From assembly GCA_026391855.1 (NCBI GenBank), contig JAPLDE010000034.1:23711-36801 (forward strand): a stretch of 13,091 nt of DNA, given 5' to 3'. A program made the translations under genes and the position numbers. Shown here in pieces: positions 1-7,506 of this stretch (position 1 is the stretch's first letter; the number at the start of each line of letters is the position of its first letter). Under the pieces are notes generated by a model. It saw only the letters and a list, made by a program, of their open reading frames with translations. It did not search any database and had not been told where the DNA came from. This stretch comes from Bacteroidota bacterium (GTDB lineage: Bacteria; Bacteroidota; Bacteroidia; Bacteroidales; CAIXZF01).

Positions 1-1610
1 CCATAGAATACTTCCTGATTTCCCCTGCCGGTCTGCTTGAAACGAAAAAAATCATTTTTTGTATTCATGGTAAACGCTGTAAGGTCATAAAAAAGAATGT
101 CTTTATAAGAACCGCGTAACCCAAGCTCAAAACTACCGGAAGTAGCAGGCACTAAATGAGTATTAAAACCTGAATATCCCACAGGATTACTGGCTAATTC
201 TTCAGTAGAAGGAGGCATCACTCCCTGGCTCCAGTTTGCAAACAAAGTAAGAAAATTGTTTACAGAATAACTTGCACCTATACGGGCTGAGGTTTTGGGG
301 TAGTTTTTTGAAGCTTCAGCCGTATCGGCACTTACCATTTTGTTAATCAGTTTGTTATCCATTTCGTCATATCTGAGGCTTCCTAACAGGGTAAACTTTC
401 CGTACTCCAGTTTGTACAGCCCGTAGAAGGCAAGGTTCTGTTGGGAAATGATCTGGTTGGCCAGTAAGGAGTCTGTTTCAATATTGGTTTCGTCAATACT
501 CTCTGCGCGGTTTGGATTGCCGGCACTTTGAAGTTTATACATATTTATTTTCTGCCCCTTGAATTCCAGGCCGGCGCTCAGGTGATTCTTAACTGACCCT
601 TTCCCCAGGTGAAGGTTGTACTGGGCACTTGCTCCGGGAACAGTATATGTCCGGTATTCAGCGCATTTGTTGCTCGTCTCCTTATAGTTCCAGCTCCTGT
701 AAAAGGAACTCACCTGCACATCCTGGTTTTGCGCGATTTGGTATGTTCCTGCCAATCCAAAGGTCGATCTGTTGGTTTTTTGATATTCATTAAAGGGACG
801 GGCATCGGGATTTGCCTGTAACAGGTTGTCGAATTGCTGGAGGTTCAACCCCTCAGGATTTTGCTGAAAATAGTCGGTATGTGTAAAGATCTGGGTGATC
901 TTCAGATTCTTAACGGGATAGAAATTGATCTTTTCATTGAATTTGTTTCCCCAAAAAGCCTGATGATCGCGGTAACCGTCACCTTTGGTCCGGGAATAGC
1001 TCACCTGATAGTCGGAGGTTCCATTTGACCCTCCAAACCGGATGGATGATTTCAGAAATCCGTTTGACCCAACAGACTGGCTGAATTCTCCTTCAAGTGG
1101 TACGGGTCCGCCGTTGCGGGTAATAATGTTTACTATTCCGGCGGCGCCCCCACCACCATAAAGACTTGCAGCCGGTCCCCGTAAAACCTCAATTTTTTTA
1201 ACGATACCCCAATCCACATCATACAGATCAGGAGCGAAACCGGATGGATCATTCACCGGAATTCCGTCAATGATTACACCGATCCCCCTGAGACCACGCT
1301 CGGTTAAAATGCCCTGTCCCCTGATGGAAACATGCACACGCTCTCCATCATGCTGATTATCAATACGAACACCCGGAACCAACCGTAAAGCCTCCTCTGC
1401 TGCGGTTCCTTTTGGCATAAGTGCCAGTAAATCAGGTGTTACCAATGTTATCGAACCCGGATTGTTTCTGAAAATAACCGGCATCCGGTTTGCAGTGATT
1501 ACCACTTCGTCAAGTTTTACCGTTTTAACAGAGTCATTGACAAGCTTTTGGCCTTTTAAAGTGAAACTGAAAGCAGCCAGTATTAATATAAAGTATATTC
1601 TTCTATTCAT
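1..1610 (-). CDS. TonB-dependent outer-membrane receptor, N-terminal 536 aa; the rest of the gene runs off the left edge
   Basis: The reverse complement of 1608-1610 is ATG. Translation from there is MNRRIYFILILAAFSFTLKGQKLVNDSVKTVKLDEVVITANRMPVIFRNNPGSITLVTPD...VRIDNQHDGERVHVSIRGQG...GGGGAAGIVNIITRNGGP... That is a signal peptide, a TonB-box-like DEVVITA stretch, the plug domain, and then beta-barrel-like repeats rich in aromatics and Gly. I hand-translated the frame at several points and found it open through position 3. There is no SusC-type N-terminal extension, so it looks like a classical TBDT. Confidence 0.85.
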   Translation of the reverse strand, partial: MNRRIYFILILAAFSFTLKGQKLVNDSVKTVKLDEVVITANRMPVIFRNNPGSITLVTPDLLALMPKGTAAEEALRLVPGVRIDNQHDGERVHVSIRGQGILTERGLRGIGVIIDGIPVNDPSGFAPDLYDVDWGIVKKIEVLRGPAASLYGGGGAAGIVNIITRNGGPVPLEGEFSQSVGSNGFLKSSIRFGGSNGTSDYQVSYSRTKGDGYRDHQAFWGNKFNEKINFYPVKNLKITQIFTHTDYFQQNPEGLNLQQFDNLLQANPDARPFNEYQKTNRSTFGLAGTYQIAQNQDVQVSSFYRSWNYKETSNKCAEYRTYTVPGASAQYNLHLGKGSVKNHLSAGLEFKGQKINMYKLQSAGNPNRAESIDETNIETDSLLANQIISQQNLAFYGLYKLEYGKFTLLGSLRYDEMDNKLINKMVSADTAEASKNYPKTSARIGASYSVNNFLTLFANWSQGVMPPSTEELASNPVGYSGFNTHLVPATSGSFELGLRGSYKDILFYDLTAFTMNTKNDFFRFKQTGRGNQEVFY

Positions 1611-1735
1611 TTTTATTTATTATTATTAAGAAGTTAATGCATGTTCAGAATTTCAGATGCACAGATAACCATATCAGGGATCCAACCTGGAGGGTCCTGA
1701 ATGGCTATTTGCTCAGATAAAATAAACCGGAAACG

Positions 1736-2242
1736 CTAAACTGGTTTTGGCGGGGGGTAAGGAACCTCCTGAAAACGAATTATCATGAAATCGTTAAGTG
1801 CAGGAAATGAGAATGTTGTAAAAGATATTCTCTCTGTGTGTTGGATCTGACGAGGCAAATACAGCATGCTGAATATCCTTTTAAGCCTTTCTTTACCTTC
1901 ATGGGTTGATCGCTGGGTTTTCAGGTAATTGACGATCAGCTGTCTTTCACAGATGTCTTTAAAACAATAATAGAGTTTCTTTTGATATTGATATTTTATT
2001 TTTACAACATCATACATTTCTCCTTTGTATTGCAATTCTTTTTCCGGTTCAACCCACTTAATATCAGGCTTTTCATTAAATTTCACCACGATGAGAGTGA
2101 GATCTTTTTCATCTATACCATTAGAGATCCGCTGGTTTGTTTCATTATGAATAATGGTTTGCAAGAGTTTAAACCACAAATGGAATCCAGCGATGTTGAA
2201 GAGAAAAAAAAAGGTAAGTACGAATGAGAGGTATTTTCTCAT
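1736..2242 (-). CDS. Hypothetical 168-aa protein with one N-terminal TM or signal-anchor helix (FVLTFFFLFNIAGFHLWF) and a soluble Lys/Tyr-rich domain; I recognise no family
   Basis: Complete ORF in the six-frame track. It is on the same strand as flotillin and 73 bp downstream of it, and there is a hydrophobic N-terminus. Nothing supports it beyond being an ORF, so coding status is moderate. Confidence 0.5.
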   Translation of the reverse strand: MRKYLSFVLTFFFLFNIAGFHLWFKLLQTIIHNETNQRISNGIDEKDLTLIVVKFNEKPDIKWVEPEKELQYKGEMYDVVKIKYQYQKKLYYCFKDICERQLIVNYLKTQRSTHEGKERLKRIFSMLYLPRQIQHTERISFTTFSFPALNDFMIIRFQEVPYPPPKPV

Positions 2243-2286
2243 AGCCAGGATGATCTTTTTCTGTTACAAATTTCCTGTCAGTTTTT

Positions 2287-2318
2287 CATGGTCACATGGT
2301 CACATGGTCACATGGTCA
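2287..2318. repeat. Perfect tandem octamer repeat (CATGGTCA)x4. On the minus strand it reads (TGACCATG)x4
   Basis: Read directly from the sequence: four identical 8-bp units at 2287-2294, 2295-2302, 2303-2310 and 2311-2318. The last unit supplies the flotillin TGA stop (2316-2318). The array ends about 45 bp upstream of the 168-aa ORF start. Confidence 0.95.
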
Positions 2319-4382
2319 TTCCGTCTTTTTCTCTGTTTTCACCTCGCTTTTTCCGGCTATCAGTTTCATCAGGTAACCTGACAGGAGGTTCCCGGCGTTT
2401 TCGTCGCCCTGGACAAGAAAGTCGGGTGTTACCTTGATCTGTCCGCTGGCGATCTGTTTGGCGATTTCGATGGCGGTAACTCCCTGTTGACCGATGGATT
2501 TGTTCGGCAGTTCATATGCTTTGGCTGTAGCTTCACCTATGGCAAGGATCTTGGACCCTTCGGCATTTCCTTTGGCGATGATCCCTTTGGCTTCTCCTTC
2601 CGCCCTGATCCGGGTGCTTTCGGCTTCTCCTTCTGCAAATCGGATGGTCTTGGCTTTGGTTTGTTCGGCTATCTTCACCCCGATTTCGGCCTCTACCAGT
2701 TGTTTCTGCAATTCTGCCTCTGAACGGGTCTTTTCTGTGGCGATACGGGTTTGTTCAGCCTTTTGTTGTTCCTGGTACATGGCCATCTGCTGCTGGGCGA
2801 TGATCTTTTTGGTCTGGGTGTCCATCAGTTCCTGCGGCAGTTTTATCTGGCAGATCAGTACGGAGACACATTCCACATGGTATTTCTCCAGTTCCAGGCG
2901 TGTTCTTTCCTCTGCTTTATGCTGTTCTTCCTGTCTGTCCTGGAGGAAATTCATGGCGGAAGTGGAAGAGGCCTGGTTACGGAAGCTGGAATCGATCATG
3001 GGGTGGATGACATGGTTGATGAGGTTATCGATGGAGCCGATCTTTGCCACCATATAGGGTGCCTGGTCGGGTCTGACACGGATGATGACCTTTACGGAGA
3101 CGCTGATCTCGAAACCATCCCTGGAAACCACTTTCAGGGGGTCGAATTTGGTATCCTGGGCATCGTCCCAATCAATGGTAATATTCGTTGTATCAACTAT
3201 ATATACAATAAATGCCCGGCGGTTAAGGTAGTAGATACCCGGGCCTGCCACCTCTTTCTGAATACCCCGGTACCCTTTTGGAACTACATACCTTTCAATT
3301 CCGTATTTCAGCCTTTGTTCGGCTTCGGTCATAAACGTGCTGTCGGAAGGCTTGTCTTTTGCTTCCTCTTTCTCCCGTTCTCTCTCACTTTCAGCAATGG
3401 TCTGTAGATGGCTGGGTTCTTCCCCTACATTGGAGATGACAACGGCAACCTGGCCGCGTTCAACTATTGCCACATCATCCAGCTCGGCCTTGAACATCAG
3501 GGGGTTGATGTAATAAGTACCTGGTTTCAGCACATCGAACTGAGGACCGCGCTGGCCTCCGTTTGAGAGAAATTTGGAAACATTCTGGAAATCTTCGTGG
3601 TTTGGCACCGACTTGGCGACATATTCGGTTTCCGGCAGGGGATCCCCGTCGAGGGCGGTGATCAGCCCGATTTTCTGGGATGGAATAATGGTGGCTTCTT
3701 TGAGTTCCACCCTGAACAGGTCGAGGTTAATACGATAAGTACCCGGCAGGAGGATCTGCGACTGAGGTCCTTTCTGGCCTCCGTTTTTCAGGAAAAGTTC
3801 CCCGCTTTCAAAGTTGCTGTGTCCTTCCACATACTTGGACAGCAGCCGTCCCGGTATGATAGGATCACCGTCCATGGCGGTAACCAGGCCGATCTGTCCT
3901 TTGTCGATGACTACTACCGGCACTTTCTTAACATGGAACAGCACGGGGTTGATCCTGTAAAATCCGGGAGGAAGAATTTCGATTTGCGGACCTTTTTCAC
4001 CTCCTTCGCTCAAAAACAGCTCCCCGTTCTGGAAAGAGTTATGGTTGGGAACCACCTTGGCGAAAATCTTACCCGGGGGGACAGGGGTGCCGTCGATTGA
4101 CTCTAAAATGCCAACTTCATTTTCCAGGATTACAGTGAAATCAAGTTTCCTGGCGCGGTAAATAAAGGGGATCAGCAGGTGCAAACCTGGCCCCAGTGTC
4201 CGGGCCTGTATGCCGATTTCGTTCTTCATGGCGATGACCCGTCCCTGGGGCATATTCCGGCCAAACCAGCGACGCTCGATGACGGCTAGGCTTTTTCCAC
4301 CAACAACAACAAAGGTGTTGAGCAACAGAATGAGCACCAGAAAGGCGATCACTCCGATCAAGATTAAATTCGTGGGTTCCAT
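2316..4382 (-). CDS. SPFH (band-7) / flotillin-family membrane protein, 688 aa, with a quadruplicated N-terminal module
   Basis: N-terminal TM helix (LILIGVIAFLVLILLLNTFVVV). The SPFH core (GIQKEVAGPGIYYLNRRAFIVYIVD...IDWDD...VSRDGFEISVSVKVIIRVRPDQAPYMVAKIG) resembles E. coli YqiK and B. subtilis FloT. A long Glu/Ala/Lys/Gln-rich coiled-coil flotillin tail follows (EAEIGVKIAEQTKAKTIRFAEGEAESTRIRAEGEAKGIIAKGNAEG...). Before the core there are four ~75-aa repeats of the motif GG-KGPQ--L-PG-YRIN--LF. Confidence 0.9.
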   Translation of the reverse strand: MEPTNLILIGVIAFLVLILLLNTFVVVGGKSLAVIERRWFGRNMPQGRVIAMKNEIGIQARTLGPGLHLLIPFIYRARKLDFTVILENEVGILESIDGTPVPPGKIFAKVVPNHNSFQNGELFLSEGGEKGPQIEILPPGFYRINPVLFHVKKVPVVVIDKGQIGLVTAMDGDPIIPGRLLSKYVEGHSNFESGELFLKNGGQKGPQSQILLPGTYRINLDLFRVELKEATIIPSQKIGLITALDGDPLPETEYVAKSVPNHEDFQNVSKFLSNGGQRGPQFDVLKPGTYYINPLMFKAELDDVAIVERGQVAVVISNVGEEPSHLQTIAESEREREKEEAKDKPSDSTFMTEAEQRLKYGIERYVVPKGYRGIQKEVAGPGIYYLNRRAFIVYIVDTTNITIDWDDAQDTKFDPLKVVSRDGFEISVSVKVIIRVRPDQAPYMVAKIGSIDNLINHVIHPMIDSSFRNQASSTSAMNFLQDRQEEQHKAEERTRLELEKYHVECVSVLICQIKLPQELMDTQTKKIIAQQQMAMYQEQQKAEQTRIATEKTRSEAELQKQLVEAEIGVKIAEQTKAKTIRFAEGEAESTRIRAEGEAKGIIAKGNAEGSKILAIGEATAKAYELPNKSIGQQGVTAIEIAKQIASGQIKVTPDFLVQGDENAGNLLSGYLMKLIAGKSEVKTEKKTE

Positions 4383-4401
4383 ACTTTTAGTTTATTTGGA
4401 G

Positions 4402-6441
4402 TTATTCCTGAATGATAAATTTCAATATACTGACATTTGAGTTATTCGTTATCCTGAGAAAGTACAGGCCCGGACCGGCATCGATACTGACCTGTTCCCG
4501 GCTGTCCGTAATCATCCCGATATAAATAGTTTTACCCATTACATCCAAAATTTCCACCTTTCCTTCCGGATTTAGCCCTGTATTCACCAGCTGGAAGCTA
4601 CCCCTGTTGGGGTTTGGGTAAATAAAGGTCTGTCCGTCAGGCAGTTTTGGCTGATGTTCGAAACCCGTCACCCTGCAGGTCCCTGTCCAGTGGTTATCCA
4701 GCCAGTTGATTCTCAGATCGACCCAGTCTTTCATTTTATCGATCTCGCCTGCATACGTAGTTGGGATAGGAGCCGGGTTAGGCCATACATATTGACCCAG
4801 GATAGGCCATTTGGTGAAGTTAAGGTCGGTGGATACACTGAGTACGCCGACCAGGGAGTCGAGTTCAGCCTTGATATGGGAAGGATCAAAAACATCCTGT
4901 CTTAATTCCTCCCAGCGGCATCTCAATTTATTCATAAACAGGCTATCCTGGAAAAATTTCTGCCACCAGAAAGGGCATTGGTTGGTATAGTTCACCTGAA
5001 CAGGGTAGTTCCATCCGGTAACCAGGTAAGCTTCCATAAAATCGCCATTTCCCCATGCCAGGTCATAATCCCAGGGTGGGCCGGCATTGATCTTACCGCT
5101 TCTGTCCTTGTGGAAAAAAGTACTTAAACGGTAAGCGTCAAGGTTCTTTGTGAATTCGTTCAGAATGATCATATCAATAAAACTCGGTTCGCTGATGAAC
5201 TGTCTGTATCCCAGTAAGGTATCGGCCCAGGAGGGACTGTTCATGGCAAATTCAAAGCTGTCGGCATAAGCCTTAAGGTAGGCAATCTGCGCCGGTTGTA
5301 CCTTCTCCGCTTTTGGATACACAAACAGGTATTTCAGGTTACTGGTATTACCCACGGCCGGAAATTCGGAAAGCCAGCCTACATCGCCCACATCTTCCCA
5401 ATCCAGTTTGAAAATATATCCGCCTGTAACAGCCTGGCCTGTAGTATCATTGGTTGTCATATTATGAATATTGACCCGGTCGACCCCTTTTTTAATTTTC
5501 TCTCCCAGCAGGTAAATACCCTGATATTCTCCGTCGAGCATCACTTCGCAGAATTTCCAGTGTGAAGCCCAATGTCCCATTTTGTTGAAAAGCCGGAAAG
5601 TATAAAAGTTCCTTAGCAAAGTTTTATCTGAGAAACTGGCATACAGGATCCAGTCATTATCAACGGGTAATCCTAACAATGAGACATCGTTATTGCTGCT
5701 ATCGGCCAGACGGGTCTCCATCGAATAGCTTTTTTTCGGGTAGGAAGTTGAACTTTCTCCCCTTATTTCTATTCCTATCTCTCCAAAGTAATCGGTAGCA
5801 GGATCATTAACGTGGTTTGGGATTCCGGGACCATTATCGATGAGCTTCATGCTTGCCTCTATCTTGTAGGCATCAGGGATTATTTTTCCTCCTGTATTAA
5901 TTACCATCAGGGGAAGATTAGCAGCACTGAAAGGAAAAGGAACAGCCGGGTTATCGCCGAATGTTACCGACCAATCGAGCAGGGTGCCGACATCGGCCCA
6001 GGCCCAGGTGTCAAGAATATGTAAGGTCCATAACCCGTTGGGATCCTGGCCGTTGTTCAGTAACGACATGATGCCTTTAGGCAGAAAAGTACCCGTAAAA
6101 GGAGCCGATCCCTGGTAGATAGGCGTCGTGGCATCATAATTAAAACAGGTATTGGTATAATTGTCGCCGTCTCCGCCGCAATGTGAGGTGAGTTCAAACT
6201 CTGTACCATCAGGGGCGATCAGTGATATGGTCAGGTCATCGTCCCAGGTATGGGTCAGGTTGATACAAACGGTTTCCAGTCCGAAGGCTGTATCCATTAC
6301 CGCCGGTGTGACACCAGAAACTGTCAGATAATAATAATTGTCAAGTCCGTCGTCTGTAATTGGGCCGCCGGGACCCGTAAAGGTCTGGGAAAATGCATGC
6401 ATGCTTAGAAGAGTAAGCAGGAGGAGTAAGGTTTGCTTCAT
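4402..6441 (-). CDS. Secreted CotH-kinase-family protein with an N-terminal proprotein-convertase P-domain and a C-terminal T9SS (Por) sorting domain. The alternative upstream ATG at 6501 adds 20 aa ahead of the signal peptide
   Basis: Signal peptide MKQTLLLLLTLLSMHAFSQ. P-domain signature: CINLTHTWDDDLTISLIAPDGTEFELT...GTFLP...NGLWTLHILDTWAWADVGTLLDWSVTF. CotH-like core: FRLFNKMGHWASHWKFCEVMLDGEYQGIYLLGEKIKKG. C-terminal sorting domain: FIYPNPNRGSFQL...GKVEILDVMGKTIY...GLYFLRI. The stop codon is 19 bp upstream of the flotillin start. Confidence 0.85.
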   Translation of the reverse strand: MKQTLLLLLTLLSMHAFSQTFTGPGGPITDDGLDNYYYLTVSGVTPAVMDTAFGLETVCINLTHTWDDDLTISLIAPDGTEFELTSHCGGDGDNYTNTCFNYDATTPIYQGSAPFTGTFLPKGIMSLLNNGQDPNGLWTLHILDTWAWADVGTLLDWSVTFGDNPAVPFPFSAANLPLMVINTGGKIIPDAYKIEASMKLIDNGPGIPNHVNDPATDYFGEIGIEIRGESSTSYPKKSYSMETRLADSSNNDVSLLGLPVDNDWILYASFSDKTLLRNFYTFRLFNKMGHWASHWKFCEVMLDGEYQGIYLLGEKIKKGVDRVNIHNMTTNDTTGQAVTGGYIFKLDWEDVGDVGWLSEFPAVGNTSNLKYLFVYPKAEKVQPAQIAYLKAYADSFEFAMNSPSWADTLLGYRQFISEPSFIDMIILNEFTKNLDAYRLSTFFHKDRSGKINAGPPWDYDLAWGNGDFMEAYLVTGWNYPVQVNYTNQCPFWWQKFFQDSLFMNKLRCRWEELRQDVFDPSHIKAELDSLVGVLSVSTDLNFTKWPILGQYVWPNPAPIPTTYAGEIDKMKDWVDLRINWLDNHWTGTCRVTGFEHQPKLPDGQTFIYPNPNRGSFQLVNTGLNPEGKVEILDVMGKTIYIGMITDSREQVSIDAGPGLYFLRITNNSNVSILKFIIQE

Positions 6442-6472
6442 GGATAAAGGGTTTGGATTTGTTTTTCTGTTG

Positions 6473-6492
6473 GGCCACGATATATCGTGGCC
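6473..6492. repeat. Palindromic repeat element, copy A: 20-bp perfect palindrome GGCCACGATATATCGTGGCC, followed by TTTTTT (6493-6498) on the + strand
   Basis: Read directly; the reverse complement is identical to itself. Intergenic, between the SGNH gene stop and the CotH start. Confidence 0.95.
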
Positions 6493-6513
6493 TTTTTTCA
6501 TTGGGATATGATT

Positions 6514-6535
6514 GGGCCACGATATATCGTGGCCC
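6514..6535. repeat. Palindromic repeat element, copy B: 22-bp perfect palindrome GGGCCACGATATATCGTGGCCC
   Basis: Read directly. It lies 21 bp from copy A and shares the right flank CTAC with copy C. Confidence 0.95.
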
Positions 6536-6567
6536 TACTCAGGGCCAAAGATGAGGAAAATTTTAAT

Positions 6568-7272
6568 TCATTGTTTCAATAAAAACGGGGTTAAAACTCT
6601 TTCCCAAACGGCATAACCTTTTTCGTTCAGGTGAACCCCGTCAGTGGTGAGATCAGGATTTAGTTCATGGGTGTCCGTAATGAAATGACTGAAAAGGTCT
6701 ATATAAGTAAGGTGGTCTTTCAGACAAAGTTGTTTGAGAAAGTCATTGGTCTCACGGATCAGGTTAACATTATCACGATTACTGGTAAATGGACTTTCCA
6801 GCCCGATTGTTGGAAGAATACTTTGTATAAAAATCTGTGTATCAGGGCATTCATGACTAAAGTTATGGAACATATGCCGGTAGTTGTTCCGCATATGAAA
6901 GGGAGGAACTTTTTCAATAATATCGTTTATCCCTATCATAATGAATAGTTTACGGGGTTTCAACCGGGTAACCTGGTCCATTCTTTTCAGTATTCCTTCG
7001 GTAAAATCACCGCTGATGCCTAAATTGATCACATGATCTTTGAACATCATGTGTTCGTTGAAATGCTCGGTGAGGCTGTTCCCCAGAAAAACAACAAGAC
7101 TGTCTTCAGCGGGGAGATGGGAGAATTCTTCCACCTTGCTTTTCCAATAAGGAAATTCATAATAATCTTCCATAACCTGCCTGGTTTTAATGATACGGTG
7201 GACCCTGAAACCGGCATAAGGAATGAACAGCAACAGGAAAGCGGCCAGAAAGAGGATCGCTATTTTCTTCAA
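6568..7272 (-). CDS. SGNH/GDSL-family hydrolase (lipase/acylesterase-like) with an N-terminal membrane anchor or signal
   Basis: Motif blocks: VVFLGNSLTE (GDS(L)-type block I with Ser), IMIGINDI (block III), DGVHLNEKGY (block V DxxH). Hydrophobic N-terminus IAILFLAAFLLLFIPYAGF. Confidence 0.85.
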   Translation of the reverse strand: MKKIAILFLAAFLLLFIPYAGFRVHRIIKTRQVMEDYYEFPYWKSKVEEFSHLPAEDSLVVFLGNSLTEHFNEHMMFKDHVINLGISGDFTEGILKRMDQVTRLKPRKLFIMIGINDIIEKVPPFHMRNNYRHMFHNFSHECPDTQIFIQSILPTIGLESPFTSNRDNVNLIRETNDFLKQLCLKDHLTYIDLFSHFITDTHELNPDLTTDGVHLNEKGYAVWERVLTPFLLKQ

Positions 7273-7479
7273 TTATTTTCTATCTTATTGAATATAAATG
7301 AGTTGTTACAATAATAGCTGAAAAGGGGAATGCTAAACATTATTTTCTAAATATAGTTAAAAGTCAGGAAGACAAAACATATTGATGTGGTGAACTTCCC
7401 TTTTAACAATTTGTTAATAATGTTCAGGAATCGTCGATATTTTTTTTCTTCCACCCTGTTATACATGTAGATAAATGAA

Positions 7480-7487
7480 TATTTTTG
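7480..7487 (+). promoter_or_regulatory. Putative Bacteroidetes sigma-A -7 element TATTTTTG (consensus TAnnTTTG) about 20 nt upstream of the icd ATG; the -33 TTTG is weak or absent
   Basis: The motif matches the published Bacteroides -7 consensus and the spacing to the start codon is plausible. It lies in the 234-bp divergent intergenic region shared with the SGNH gene. Confidence 0.35.
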
Positions 7488-7506
7488 CGAATCACTAAAC
7501 GGACTT

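Noticed and set aside
1680-1705. Imperfect inverted repeat CAGGGATCCAACCTGGAGGGTCCTG between the 168-aa gene and the TBDT gene
   Set aside because: It is only a short imperfect stem (CAGG/CCTG plus TCCA/TGGA) with no adjacent U-tract. That is insufficient to call a terminator or operator.
2494-4100. Large plus-strand ORFs (2494-3057, 2751-3407, 3597-4100; 167-218 aa) opposite the flotillin gene
   Set aside because: They are antisense shadow ORFs of a well-supported 688-aa SPFH gene. Their products are low-complexity (Ser/Ala/Cys/Leu-rich, or Gly/Asp-rich) with no recognisable domains. I treat them as non-coding.
6473-6498. Canonical rho-independent terminator on the + strand (20-bp hairpin plus T6)
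   Set aside because: No plus-strand gene lies upstream. Both flanking genes are on the minus strand, and on that strand the hairpin is preceded rather than followed by the homopolymer tract. I therefore did not call it a terminator and list it as a repeat element with possible bidirectional or insulating function.
6442-6501. Upstream in-frame ATG (6501) giving a 20-aa extension, MKKGHDISWPNRKTNPNPLS, ahead of the CotH signal peptide
   Set aside because: The extension would bury the signal peptide, spans palindrome copy A, and is not hydrophobic. The ATG at 6441, followed by a canonical signal peptide, is preferred. The alternative remains possible.
6473-6535. Palindromic repeats as a CRISPR array
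   Set aside because: There are only two copies locally, they are themselves perfect palindromes with no loop, the spacer is 21 bp, and there are no cas genes. This does not fit CRISPR. I interpret them as REP-like or regulatory palindromes.
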